64,000 nt of DNA from Bugula neritina (lineage: Eukaryota; Animalia; Bryozoa). The notes beneath the pieces are model-generated. The model saw only the letters and a list, made by a program, of their open reading frames with translations. It ran no database searches and was not told where the DNA came from. A program made the position numbers and the translations under genes. Position 1 is the stretch's first letter; every line of letters starts with the position of its first letter. The stretch lies in assembly GCA_964035545.1 (NCBI GenBank), contig OZ037771.1, forward strand, positions 10,358,480-10,422,479, read 5' to 3'. Shown here one piece after another: positions 37,891-50,400 of the stretch.

Positions 37891-39929
37891 CTAAGCATTG
37901 CTAGAGCTAGAAATAGAGTTAGTGATAGGCATTATATTTTTTTCTTTTCAGACAAGAAGACTGTCTTGGTATGCCACCAATCATTGTAGCTTTCTTGCTT
38001 TATTACTACATTGCATCAAAAGCTATTCTTAGCTAACAGTGCTATAATGATAATTCAATGTCCCTAGCACAGCACAGGTCAGTGTGTTCAGATCAAGCAG
38101 CCTCAGAGGAATATTTTTAACTTCTCTCTTTTAACTGAAGGCTTACTGCATTTACTACTATAATTTACAGACACACAATTTTATACTCTATCATTTACAC
38201 TCTAGATCTACACTACTGGTTTTGACATTTCGGATTACAAAAAATCTTATCTGTGCATCAATTTTGTAAGTCTCCATCAGATTATTGTGATGTCATTTTA
38301 CTTACAGTTTATGTATACTTTCTACAATAGCTAATGTCATCTTGTTTAAATCTGTATTATTTTCATAATATTTCTCTAACTTTTTGATTTATATTATTAC
38401 TTACAGCAGTTTGAGTCACTATGTATATTTATGCATTACCTTTAATGATGATACTCAGCTATTTCAAACTAATGTAGTTTATATTATCTAAAACCTTCCT
38501 GTGGCTTAATGCAGTTTGTATAATTTCTATTTTTCTCATTATATTTCCAGGGTGTGCTTTGATAGGTAATAAACATAATAAACCTGTTGCCAAGTTGGCT
38601 GATAGATAAAGTCAATCAAAATCCAAGTTATCCAGACACTGTCACAAACCTGATACAAAGACTTACAAAAAGGTTTTACATTATTAACATAGCACCTTGC
38701 TATTTATTGTTAAATTTATAAATAAGTCAAATAAAATGCATTTAAAAAGCAACTTGTTCTTGTAATAATATTGTATTTAAAACAAAAAGTGTACAGGTTA
38801 TCATGTATTGCGATAAATGGATTAGCAATAAAATATATCAAAATGTGTCAGCATTCCTGGTGATGCCGGAGAAGTCACGAGCTTGTTACTACAAGCCAAA
38901 TTATTTTCACGTTTGAAACATACACGATAGGCACAGTTTTATAAACTATAATATAAAACCATGGAAACAAATTATATGCTAAACTAACATCGCTATTATT
39001 TTCATACCATACCAGCTACATGACGACTGGGCATTGCTGCAAACTATATAAATATTCAGTATTGTTCAATACCTGGTGACTGTAATTTTAAATGTAGTCT
39101 CACTCAACTGCAGTTAGGTTTGTTCTGACATGCACTAAGTCCAAACTGCACAGAAAAATTGCTGAAGATCTCAAAAAGATGGAAGGATAGAGACAGGTAA
39201 CAAGTGCTCTCCAAATACAACCTGATTATTTTATTAATAGCTAATAGACTGACCTGCACAGAAAAAGAATAATAGATCAGAAGAGAGGCAGATTGCAAAT
39301 CAGAAAATGTGTGTTGCGGTTATTTATAAAGAGCAATTTGAATTGATAACTCATTGGCAAGCAGAAATTTGTTGAAAACCTATTTGGAGTTTATTAGAGT
39401 ATTAGTCTAATCCATAAGGATATTACCACCACACCTCTTTACACATAATAAAGCACACCCAAGAAGAGTATGTTAACTTGATTTTAAAATAAAAACCCCT
39501 GAGCTTTTACTAGACACATCAAGGAAATATACCCCAAAAGAACAAGTTTGACTAGTTTAATATGTGTTAACTTAGAAGATGATTAAATATAAAGCCAGGT
39601 GTTAGTTAGTACAATCAAACATAAACATGGTGGTGTACAGTTTGCAAAACCTCATTGCATTGATAATTAACATGCAATAACGCCAAGTTTTTGATCAAAA
39701 TGTGGACATAGTACCTTTAGACCTCAGTAATAAATTTTCATTAACCTCTCCTACAAAACTAGTACTGTTTCTTGAAGACATTTTGATTTTATTTCTGGAT
39801 TTCATGCTGGTTTTTTCCAAATTCCATTGCTTATTGACAAAATACAAGTCCACACAAGATAGATAAGGGTAACCTTCTAGCTGTCACTGCCTTGCTGAGG
39901 CCACATTATTAGTATATTATAAGAATTCA

Positions 39930-40592
39930 GTCCCGCCAAATAAAACCTCACTTAATTGTGCTAGAATTAGAATCTAAAAACCATGTTGTAGGTCTTCCTC
40001 TTCATCAGAGCACTTGTTTTTTCGAGTTTTCAATATTTTTTTGCAAAGTTATAGACAAAAAACTGCCCAGTTTTGGCCAATTTCATCTGAAAAGTTTATT
40101 TTTCAATCCCTGCCAAATATCTCAGCAGGAAAGTATGGTATTGGAATAGAACAAACACTGTCGGAAACCTGAGAAATTTATGCATAGCGAATTTTTTTAT
40201 CCTTTCAATAGCCTTCATAGATTTTCTACAAATTAGTGATTTATACACTGAAATGAAATATTTTTTCCTTAGCAATCACCAATGCACAGCACTTCGTGCC
40301 TCAGTGAACATGTAGAGATGAGAAGATGGAATGTTGATACCTGCATATTAGGCCTATTCATAGTGTAATCTCACGCTAAACAATCACTTGTAGGCAACAC
40401 GCATGCCACTCACATAGCATTAAAATAACAAGAACTTAAACTAGATTGTGAGCGAAATTTATCATATTTTCAGTGAGGATGCCCCAACTATCTTGTGCAC
40501 TAATCATTTTCAAAAATATGCCCATACGGGCGTATGGCCTAGAACAGTCTATTTTCTTCTAGGCCATACGGCGTATGGGACCGTAAGGGTAA
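39930..40592. mobile_element. Probable non-autonomous DNA transposon fragment with a piggyBac-like right end
   Basis: Ends in ...CCGTAAGGGTAA preceded by nested inverted repeats 40521-40579; matching left end not found and left boundary approximate. Confidence 0.4.
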
Positions 40593-40719
40593 CAATACAT
40601 CCCTGACTATATTACGATGTATTGCGGAGTGTTACATTATGTCTCAGCATATTACAATGTATTACAGTATATTTCAGTTTAGTACAGTGCATTGGAGTTT
40701 CTTCAGTATATTTCAGCAT

Positions 40720-40933
40720 ATATGAATGAACACACCTAAATTATCAAAGTTCTTTTTAATTTTGCTTAAGTTCCAATGTTTTTTGTCTAATTATTTACCT
40801 ACTTTTGATTTCAGAGAGTTATGGTTTTTTCATAACACTCTGCATTCAAAAGTACCTGAATATTTAAGAAAAAACATGAGAAATCAAGCAAAATTGAGAA
40901 GAACCTTGATTATTTAGGTGTGTTCATTCATAT
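40720..40933. mobile_element. 214-bp imperfect palindrome (MITE/foldback-like)
   Basis: ATATGAATGAACACACCTAAA...TTTAGGTGTGTTCATTCATAT with 21-bp perfect ends and arms pairing almost to the centre (~40827). Confidence 0.85.
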
Positions 40934-41690
40934 TTTACTAGTTTTGAGCAAAAACCAGCCAAATTGTAAAAAATAGCTAAAAACTGGAAATTTCCAGTGT
41001 GTACTAAATTAACTAAAATAATTTATATTACAGTTTATTGCATTGTATTACAGTGTCTTACAGTTTCTTTTAAAATTTCACAGGCTATTACAGTGTCTGA
41101 AATTGTAAGACATTGTATAACACTTCATTTCAATATATCACGGTGTTTTACAATATACATTATTTCAATATGTTACAGTCTCTTGCTGTATATTACATTG
41201 TCTTGAAAAAATTACAATGTATTGCAATATTTTACAGTGTCTTGCAATTTATTACAGTATAATACATTGTATTACTGTGTCATGCAGTTTATTACAGAAT
41301 ATCACAGGTTATTACAGTGTTTAATAATGTGTGACATTTTATAACATGACATTTGAATATATTACAGTGTTTTACAATATACGAGTATTTCACTAAATTA
41401 CAGTGTCTTGAAAAATACTTCAGTGTCTTGCAATATTTTACAGTATCTTGCAATATATTAGGGTGTATTACAAAATATTGCAGTTTATCGCCTTGTGTTA
41501 CAGTGTCTTACAATTTCTTACAGAATTTTAGAGGCTTATTACAGGTATATTACAATGTATCACAGTATATTTCAGTCTATTAACCTTTCTTGCAGTATAT
41601 TACCATGTACTGCATTTTATTACAGTTTATTGCTTTTGGTTACAATATGTGACAGCATATCGCAACATAAAACTGTTTATTACAGTGTAT

Positions 41691-42100
41691 AACATTGTAT
41701 TGTATTTTATTACAATATATTTCAGTATCTTACAGGGTATAACAATATATTTCAGTATCTTACAGTGTATAACATTGTATTGTGTTTTATTACAATATAT
41801 TTCAGTATCTTACAGTGTATAACATTGTATTGTATTTTATTACAATATATTTCAGTATCTTACAGTGTATAACATTGTATTGTATTTTATCACAATATAT
41901 TTCAGTATCTTACAGGGTATAACAATATATTTCAGTATCTTACAGGGTATAACATTGTATTGTATTTTATTACAATATATTTCAGTATCTTACAGGGTAT
42001 AACATTGTATTGTATTTTATTACAATATATTTCAGTATCTTACAGGGTATAACATTGTATTGTATTTTATTACAATATATTTCAGTATCTTACAGGGTAT
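41691..42100. repeat. Homogeneous 50-bp/30-bp minisatellite expansion inside satellite C
   Basis: 7 copies of AACATTGTATTGTATTTTATTACAATATATTTCAGTATCTTACAGKGTAT plus two 30-bp derivatives. Confidence 0.93.
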
Positions 42101-42860
42101 AACAATGTATTGCAGTATATTTCAGTATTTTACGCTGTGTTAATGTAGGTTAAAGTTTATTACAATATGTTGCATTAAATTACAGTGTATAATGCTGTAC
42201 TATTACAAATTTTTACAGTATATTACAGTACATTGCAATGTGTTGCAGTATTTTATAGTGTATTACAGTATATTACAGTTTATTATAATATTGTATTACT
42301 GCATGTCTTCAATTTTCTTGCTGAATCGTACAGGATAGTACATTGTCTGACAATGTATGATATAGTATTACACTGTATTACAGTATGTCAAAGTGTATTG
42401 CAGTAGGTTTCACTATATTATAATGTATTAGTTTCAGTCTCTTACAATGCGTTGCGGTTTATTACAGTGCATTGCAGCGTATTACGGTATCCTACAGTGT
42501 TTTACAATTTACTGCAGTCTATTACAGTATGTTACGTTATAGTACATTCTGTTTTAGTATTTTTCTGTATCCTACATTGTATTACAGTTTAATACAGAAT
42601 ATTTCAATATATTATAGGGTATTATAGTATCTTACAGCGCTTTACAATATATGAAGGTATATTACATTAAACTACAATGTTTTATAATTTCTTACAAAAC
42701 GTTATAGGATATCAAACTGTCCGACAATGCGTGACATTGTGTTACACTACATTTCAATTTAGCACGGTATTTTACAATATATTTCAGTATATTACAGCTT
42801 CTTGCAACAAATTACAATTTATTACAGTATTTTACAGTTTATTACATTGTTTTACCATAT

Positions 42861-45572
42861 ATACTGAAATACACTGTAATAGATTGCAAGACACTGTAAT
42901 ATAGTGAAACATATTGTAAAACACTGTAATATTTTCAAATGTAGTGTAATGCACTGTCATACAATGTCAGACACTGAAAAACTTTTAACATTCTGAAAGA
43001 AACCGTAAAACACAGAAACACAGGGTATTAAACTGTAATATACGGTGATATATTGCAAGACAGTGCAATAAACTGCAACATGTTGTAAAACACTGTGATA
43101 TACTGCAATGTAGTGTTATACAATGTCAATCATGGTCAGACACTTTAATATTTCATAATATTATGTAAAATAAAAAAATAAAACATTGTAGCTCTATGTA
43201 ATAAGCTTTAATGTATTGTATTTCACTGTAACATACTGCCATACACTCTAATATACTGAAAGACACTGTAATAACTTTTAGTCCAATATCATATACTGTA
43301 ATATACTGTAATACACTGTAATATATTGCAAGACACTGTAACATGTTGCAAGACATTGTAAAATATTGCAAGAGACAGTAATATACTAAAATATGTTGTA
43401 AAAAACCGTAAAATGTTGAAACGTAGTGTTATACAATGTCATACGCTTTCAGACACTATATAATTATCTGTAAGATTGTGTAAGCAATTGTAGGAAACTG
43501 TAATACAATGCAATAAACTGTAGTATACTGTAATACACTGTAATATATTGTAAGACACTGTAACATATTGCGAGACACTGTAATATTTTTCAAGACACTT
43601 TAACATACTGAAACATATTGTAAAACAGTTTAATATATTCAAATGTAGTATTATACAATGTCATGCATTTTTAACCACTGTAATAACATGTGATATTCTG
43701 TAAAAATCTGTTTGACACTGTAATACAATTTAATACACTGTAATATTTTGTAAGACACTGTAATATATTGCAAGAGACTGTAATATACTGAAATAATATA
43801 TTGTCAAACACTGTAATATATTCAAATGTAATGTTATACAATGTCACACATTTTCAAACACTGTAACAATATGGAACATTTTGTAGAAGTTGTGTGACAC
43901 AGTAATACAATGTAATACACCGTAATATACTGTAATACACCGTATTATATTTCAAGACACTGTAATAAATTGCAAGAGACTGTAATATACTGAAATATAT
44001 TTTAATAACCTATAATACAATGTCATACACTGTAATATACTGTATTACACGGTTTTATATTGTGACATGCTGTAACCTACTGTAATACACTGCAATGCAC
44101 TGAAATATAGTGCAAAACACTTTAAAGGATTGCTCTATCTTAGTTTATTACAATCACATTATAATTATGAACTATAATCTAATGTGTATGCAAACAATTG
44201 TGACTTTGCAAAGGGATATATGCCTAGAAAACAGCTTTTCAAAATTTTAATTTTGAGGGAGGTAAAATTTTCAGCCATGAAAAAGAATAGCCTAATACGT
44301 GACGTGTGAACGCCAGTAACTATGCTGCACGTGCTAACTATAACGCTAGTATTCAAGGTTGCTGAGCGCAACATCAACCAATAACGCTCAAGCAGTTACA
44401 GTGCGCTATATAGGTCAGCTTTGGTGCGCCCGTAATATTGCACAATCTGACCTAGTTTAGATCGATCGCAGGCATTCATCCTAAAGAATGCATGTTTTTG
44501 CAATGCTTTTTTTTATGTTTACAAGCAAAATATGGCCTAATGTTATTACATACATGTTATTTAACATGTCAAAAAACTATAGATTGAGATAATTCACATT
44601 TGCACTTCTATAAATATACAAATTACGAGCTGAAAGATCACATCTCACAGTCATATTTCTATAGTTATTCATTTGTATAGTCACGTGACCAGCAGGAATG
44701 CTGGCGTTGTTACGTCACATTTCCCAGCTCATTTCAAAATCGGCGTTTTGGCTGTTACCAATCTACACCCTCAACTTCAACTAACTTTTTCTACCTTTGG
44801 TCAAATGCTTTTTGTCAATGCATGCTTAGAAAAACACAATATTATGTGTGTTTGACCTAAATGGCCATTTATTAGACAAGATAGAGCAATCCTTTAATAT
44901 ACTGCAATACTGTGTACTAGATTGCAATATACTGTGATGCATAGTAATATGCTTAAACATAATACATCCTAATATAGCGCAATACAATGTCATACATTGC
45001 CAGATAATGTGAAAACCTTTAATATTCTGAAAGAAACTGTAAAACACGATAAAACAATGCAATATACAGTACTATACAGTATATACTGTAATATACGGTA
45101 ATACACTGTAATATATTGCAAGACAATACAATATACTGAAATATACTGTGAAACATTGTGATATATTGAAATGTAGTGTTACACAAAAACATACATTTTC
45201 AGACACTTTAATATTATATAATATTCTATAAAATAAAAATATAAAACATTGTAGTTCAATGTAATAATCTGTAATACAATGGCATTCACTGTAATATACT
45301 ATATTACACGGTTTTTTATGTTGACATGCTGTAACCTACTGTAATACACTGCAATGCACTGAAAAATAATGCAACACCCTTTAATATACTGCAATACTGT
45401 GTACTATAGACTGAAATACAATCTGATTCATTGTAATATACTGAAACATATTGAAACACACGTTAATACATTGTAATAGAGTATAATGGAATGTCATAAA
45501 TTGTCAGACACTATGAAAACCTTTAACATTCTGAAAAAATACTCTAAGACACGGTAATACAATGTAATAAAC
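42861..45572 (+). repeat. Satellite C, forward orientation (interrupted by the Kolobok-like MITE)
   Basis: Orientation flips near 42860; landmark TGTCATAC..TCAGACAC recurs at about 170-310-bp spacing. Confidence 0.9.
44126..44893. mobile_element. Non-autonomous Kolobok-like DNA transposon (MITE), 768 bp
   Basis: Perfect 16-bp TIR AGGATTGCTCTATCTT/AAGATAGAGCAATCCT; TTAA on both sides (44122-44125, 44894-44897); purine-purine 5' terminus; paralogous empty site at 45381-45384. Confidence 0.9.
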
Positions 45573-46479
45573 TTGCTGTTGTCACATATCAATAAATTGT
45601 TGCATGCAGATCTTTAATAGTATAGCATGATTAGGCTACTGCTTGCAGCTCTTCACATGTATGCAGCAGGGAGGATATATAACTTTCGTAAGCTGCAACT
45701 GTTTTTAGGAGAAATTTCTTTTCAAAAATAAAAAATATGTACTTTTAAACTCTCTCCCTCTCCCCCTCCCCCGTCCCCTCGATCCTCCCCCCCCCCCTTT
45801 CTCTCTCTCTCATAATAATTGTTATGTTACTATACTTGTTTTTCTCATTCTCTATAAGAAGATGAAACCAATATAACGTGAAAACCAAAGTACCTATCAT
45901 CAACAGAGGTAGGTGCAGTAATGGAGAAATCGAAAAAAGCCAGTGTTTTACAGCATAAGTGTAATATAAGAAGTTATGTTCTCGCAAGAATTTCCACCCG
46001 TGTCCCAAACCAAAATTAAATAATCAAATTAAAGAGCTTAGGAAGGTAAAAAGTAAAGCCTTTAAAATGAAAAAGTGATCATGATAACTAGTTTCAGCTT
46101 TTTTATTGTTTTCAAATTGTTATAAAAATAAAAATAATACTGTTTGTTTTCAACAATTAAGATTAACCAAATAAAGGAGATAATTGACATTAACGTCTCT
46201 GCGCATGGATACAATAAACAAATTAGCGGCAACAAAGCACATTTCAAAATTGCTGTCCAGTGTCTGTAGTTTCATTTTAATAACTTTACTCTATTATTCA
46301 TGTCAGTGAAGCGTTACAAGTTGATATCTTATTGATGTACGGGTTACACTTACAGGTTGTTTTTTTTCTTTTTCTTGTAAGGTTGATCACCTAGACTAGG
46401 TTTAGTGTCTAACTATTGAAAAAATTATTTATCTTTTTTTCAGATTTGTTGTGTTAACATTTAACTTCATCATATTGAT

Positions 46480-47060
46480 ATTCATTATCATCATGAATAA
46501 GTTAATGTTATACTCATTCAATTTAATATTATTATTTAGATTACTATTACTATTAGTATTATTATTAGTATTACTAGTAATAGTATTGAATATTGATAAT
46601 GCAGTATTAATATTACTATAGTTATAGTATTAGTATAACTATAAGTATTACTATTAGTATTAGTGTTACTAGTTTAGTAGTCACTAGTACTAGTACTAGT
46701 AGTAGTTAGTAATATAAATATTTCTACTGATAGTAATACTCTAATACTAATAGTAATACTAATTGCTAATCAAATTAGACTTATAATTAGTATTACTGTT
46801 GACGTATTCCGTAAAAATAATAGTAATAGTAATGCTATTACTATTAGTATTAGACTTAGTAAGTCAAAGAGTTGTTTGTTTGTTAATTCACAATCTGAGT
46901 CATAGTGATAGCCATAACCATAATGATAAATCCATAATTGTTATCACAACAATAATCATCATCACTGTGATCATGGGGATTAATCATAATAATAATGATA
47001 ATTATTATTTTTAATATTTATAATCATAACCATTAATATTATAATTATGTAATAATTGAA
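46480..47060. repeat. Low-complexity AT-rich trinucleotide-like tract (TAG/TAT/TAA/CAT)
   Basis: Degenerate (TAGTAT)n and (AAT)n composition. Confidence 0.75.
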
Positions 47061-47471
47061 TAACCTAGAGGTGTAAGAACCACTAGGCCTCAAAATAGGT
47101 TTAGCCCTTTAGCTCAAATTGCGACTACAAGTGCATTTCAAACAAAATGTAAAACTGAAAATCAAGGAGAAAGAAAAAGTCATTAGACTAAGTATAAGTA
47201 TTAGTATCAGTTTAATATGTTATGAAGTTTCTGAAAATGAAACCTAAACATAATGCTTAAGCTATACTTACACCTAGGTTGTATTAAGTTATAATTATAG
47301 CAATTATTTTGGTTCTTTAGTTATCAACCTATTTTCTTTCAATTTATTTTATATCTGGTTAATAAGATTTATTATAAATTTGCTTTAATCTTATGTTGAT
47401 AAAGTTACCCATGTTCTAGTGTAAGTCTACAGCAAGAATTATTAAAACTTTTAACTATAATTTACATATAT

Positions 47472-50400
47472 TGTAAGAGTTATGCTCTGTATTATATTGA
47501 AAGGGCAATTCCGTATCCTTCTACATTTATATGCATCAGGAATGATGTAGTTGTCCTGCAGCAGATCAGCTGTTGCCTCGTTAATAGTCGGATCAGACAA
47601 TCAGCGGAGCCGATGATGTTATCCACTACAAGCTTTCACGGATAGCCATGCATGGGATGAAATCAAATGCATGGGGTGAGACTATTGACATGAGCTAATA
47701 AGCAGCGTGCTTGAAGAGCGCGCAGTTGGCTAGTAGTAGCAGGATAGTTGAGTCGTGTTATACACTTGTGCAATTATGTAATACTTGTGCGTTTTTCTCT
47801 TGTTAGTAATTCTTATATCATTTGTGTAAATAAACTATACTCTTATTCCAAGTCGGCAGCATTCATTCAGCTTCAATTACCCACAATTAAGTAAAATCAT
47901 AAATTTACAACAGTGGTGGCAGCAGTGGGATACAAATTGAAGTTAATGCTCCTAGCTAAGGAGTAGAAGAGTATGGCCAGTGACGACGAAAGGGCATCCC
48001 CCATCTGGAGCAGACTGAACCGGCAGCCATATAGGATGTCATAGGCGGCCCAACGCTGCCTATGGACAGGTACCATTTGCTGGCTCCTACCTTCTCAAGA
48101 GAAGATGTAGAGCAATTTATCGCTGAGCTCAGCGACATAGCAGCCATCTGTCGATAGCCTGCACGAATTACTCTAATCCAGCTGTGGTTGCGCCTGACAG
48201 GAGCGGCCAAACCTTATGGTATTGGTTAGGATGTTGACGGCATCTTCGATGCCTTGAGAGCTAAATTTGGGCTCACCGCTCGAGATGCGTGTGTCTAACT
48301 TCAAGGGCTTAGGAGAGATCCTAAGACTTCCTTGCGAGAACACGCGGCGTGGTGGAACGGATGGCACAAGTCGGTTATAGCGACTTGCCTGCAGAAGGCC
48401 GACAGAGTTTGGCGCTGAATGCTTTTCTCCAATCTGTCAACAACATGGGCTTGAAAAGGCATCTGCTAGTAGCCGAAGTTGATACGATGAAGAGGGCTCT
48501 CTTGCTTGGAAATGCCCATTTTCAAGCCGATGGTGCTTGTCGGCCTGGGATAACTGCGCAGGAAGTAGAAGCCGATAACGGGGTGTTAGAGTAACAGGAA
48601 ACGCCGGGTACTGGCGCAATTACTTTCTGAGTACAAAGACGTGCTCAGTTGCGGCGATCATGACATGGGTATGACTAAGGCTGTCTATTTTGAGATACCC
48701 CTGGCGGCGAGAACAGGGCCGATTCGGCAGCCGACCTGCCAGCTAAGTTCTGAAAAAAATAAGGAAGTGAGCCGTCAGGTGCAAAACCGCCTGAACCGGG
48801 ACTTAATTTAGCCAGCCCATAGTGCTTGGAGCTCTCCAGTTGTCTTGGTTCAAAAAATGGATGAGAGCTGAAGGTTTTGCGTAGATTACCGCAAACTGAA
48901 CAGCGTGACCATCCAGGATGCTTACCCTCTTCTGAGGATCGATAAGTCGCTGGATGCTTTAGCTGGTAGCAAGTTCTTCAGTACGATGGTCTTGCTGAGC
49001 AGGTACTGGCAGGTGCCTCTGAGTTCTGATGCACAGGACAAGGCTGCGTTTATAAGTGAAAGGTGCTGCCGTTCGAGCTTACGTCTGCCCCGGCCACCTT
49101 CCAACGACTCATGGAGCAGGTCCTCAGTGGGTTACACTAGAAGACTTTGCTCATCTACCTCGATGATGTCATCATCATCTCTCCCGGCTTCAACACTCAT
49201 GTCAGTTGGCTCAGAAAGGTGTTCGACCGACTCCGAGCTGCCAGTTTGAAACTCAAGCCTTCTAAGTTGCGCTGTTACAGTAAGAAGTTAAGTTCCTGGG
49301 CTATGTAGTTGGTCGGGACGAAGTCGCTACGGACCCCGAGAAGGTACGGACTGTGAAAGACTAGGCCGTTCCTCTAGAGTCTAGACCTCCCTTGATTGCG
49401 AGCATTTCTGGATTTTGTAGGGTACTAGAGACAATACATACCTGACTTTGCAGAAATTGCCCAGCTGTTGAACTGGCTGACGGCGAAGTGGGTTCGTTGG
49501 CAGTGGACGTATGCCGAACAAAAGGCTTTCGAGCACCTCAAGGATCACTTGATGGAGGCACCCATCTTGGTGTACCCCAATTAGTCGAAGGAATACATTC
49601 TGGATACTGATGCGAGTAACCATAATTTTGGAGCTGTGCTGTCTCAGGTCCAGGATGGTCGCGAGGTGGTGGTAGCTTACTATAGTAAAGCCATGTTGGC
49701 CCCTGAGAAGAGCTACTGCACTACTAGGAAGGAACTCCTGGCGGTAGTTAAAGCGGTCAAGCACTTCAGGCCATATCTGTATGGGCGGGTGTTAGGACTA
49801 CGTACGGACCATGCGCCCTTGATATGGTTGTGCAGACGAGCTGAACCCTCTAGTCAAGTTGCACTTTGTCTTGAGATCCTGGCTGAGTTTTCATACCGAA
49901 TCGAACACCGACCCGGGAAGAAACATGGCAATGCTGATGGATTGAGCCGGCGGCGTAGAGAGGGGAGTAAGCAATGCCTGAATATTGAGCGCAGGGATGG
50001 TAGATTCCCTCGCTCAGACATAGAAAAGCAGATAGGTAGGGCAGGTGTATACAACTGAGAAGAAGGCTGACTCCTGTCTGAATCCCTCTCTAAAGTTGTC
50101 AACATCCTTCATGCAAACCCTACTCTACTCCGAAATGTCAGGGAGCTTTGCAAGTTCCAAGCTACGCTACTTGGGGTGGTAGCCGACTCAGTCCGGGCCT
50201 AGAAGGAGGGATGGCGGCCTAGTGAGGCTGAACAGCAGGTCAATGGTGCAGAATTTAAGTATTTCTGCGACTGCTGGGACTCCCTCCAGTTCAATAGTGA
50301 TGGGTTGTTAACAATAACGTTAGCAACCAGTGCGAATCACCAAGAACCTGAGAGGGTAGTTTGTCTGTTTGCTCTTCGCCGGGAGCTGATCTGGACACCC

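Larger units (their letters stand above)
40593..42860 (-). repeat. Satellite C, reverse orientation (interrupted by a palindromic element at 40720-~41003)
   Basis: TATTACAGTG-type units; 42185-42480 is the inverted homologue of 35170-35300 and 37200-37420. Confidence 0.9.

Noticed and set aside
37930-39300. Isolated splice-like signals and short ORFs in the unique core
   Set aside because: Could not be joined into a consistent stop-free frame; no recognisable protein
34838-45062. Tyr/Cys/Ile-rich short ORFs
   Set aside because: Same artefact from satellite C
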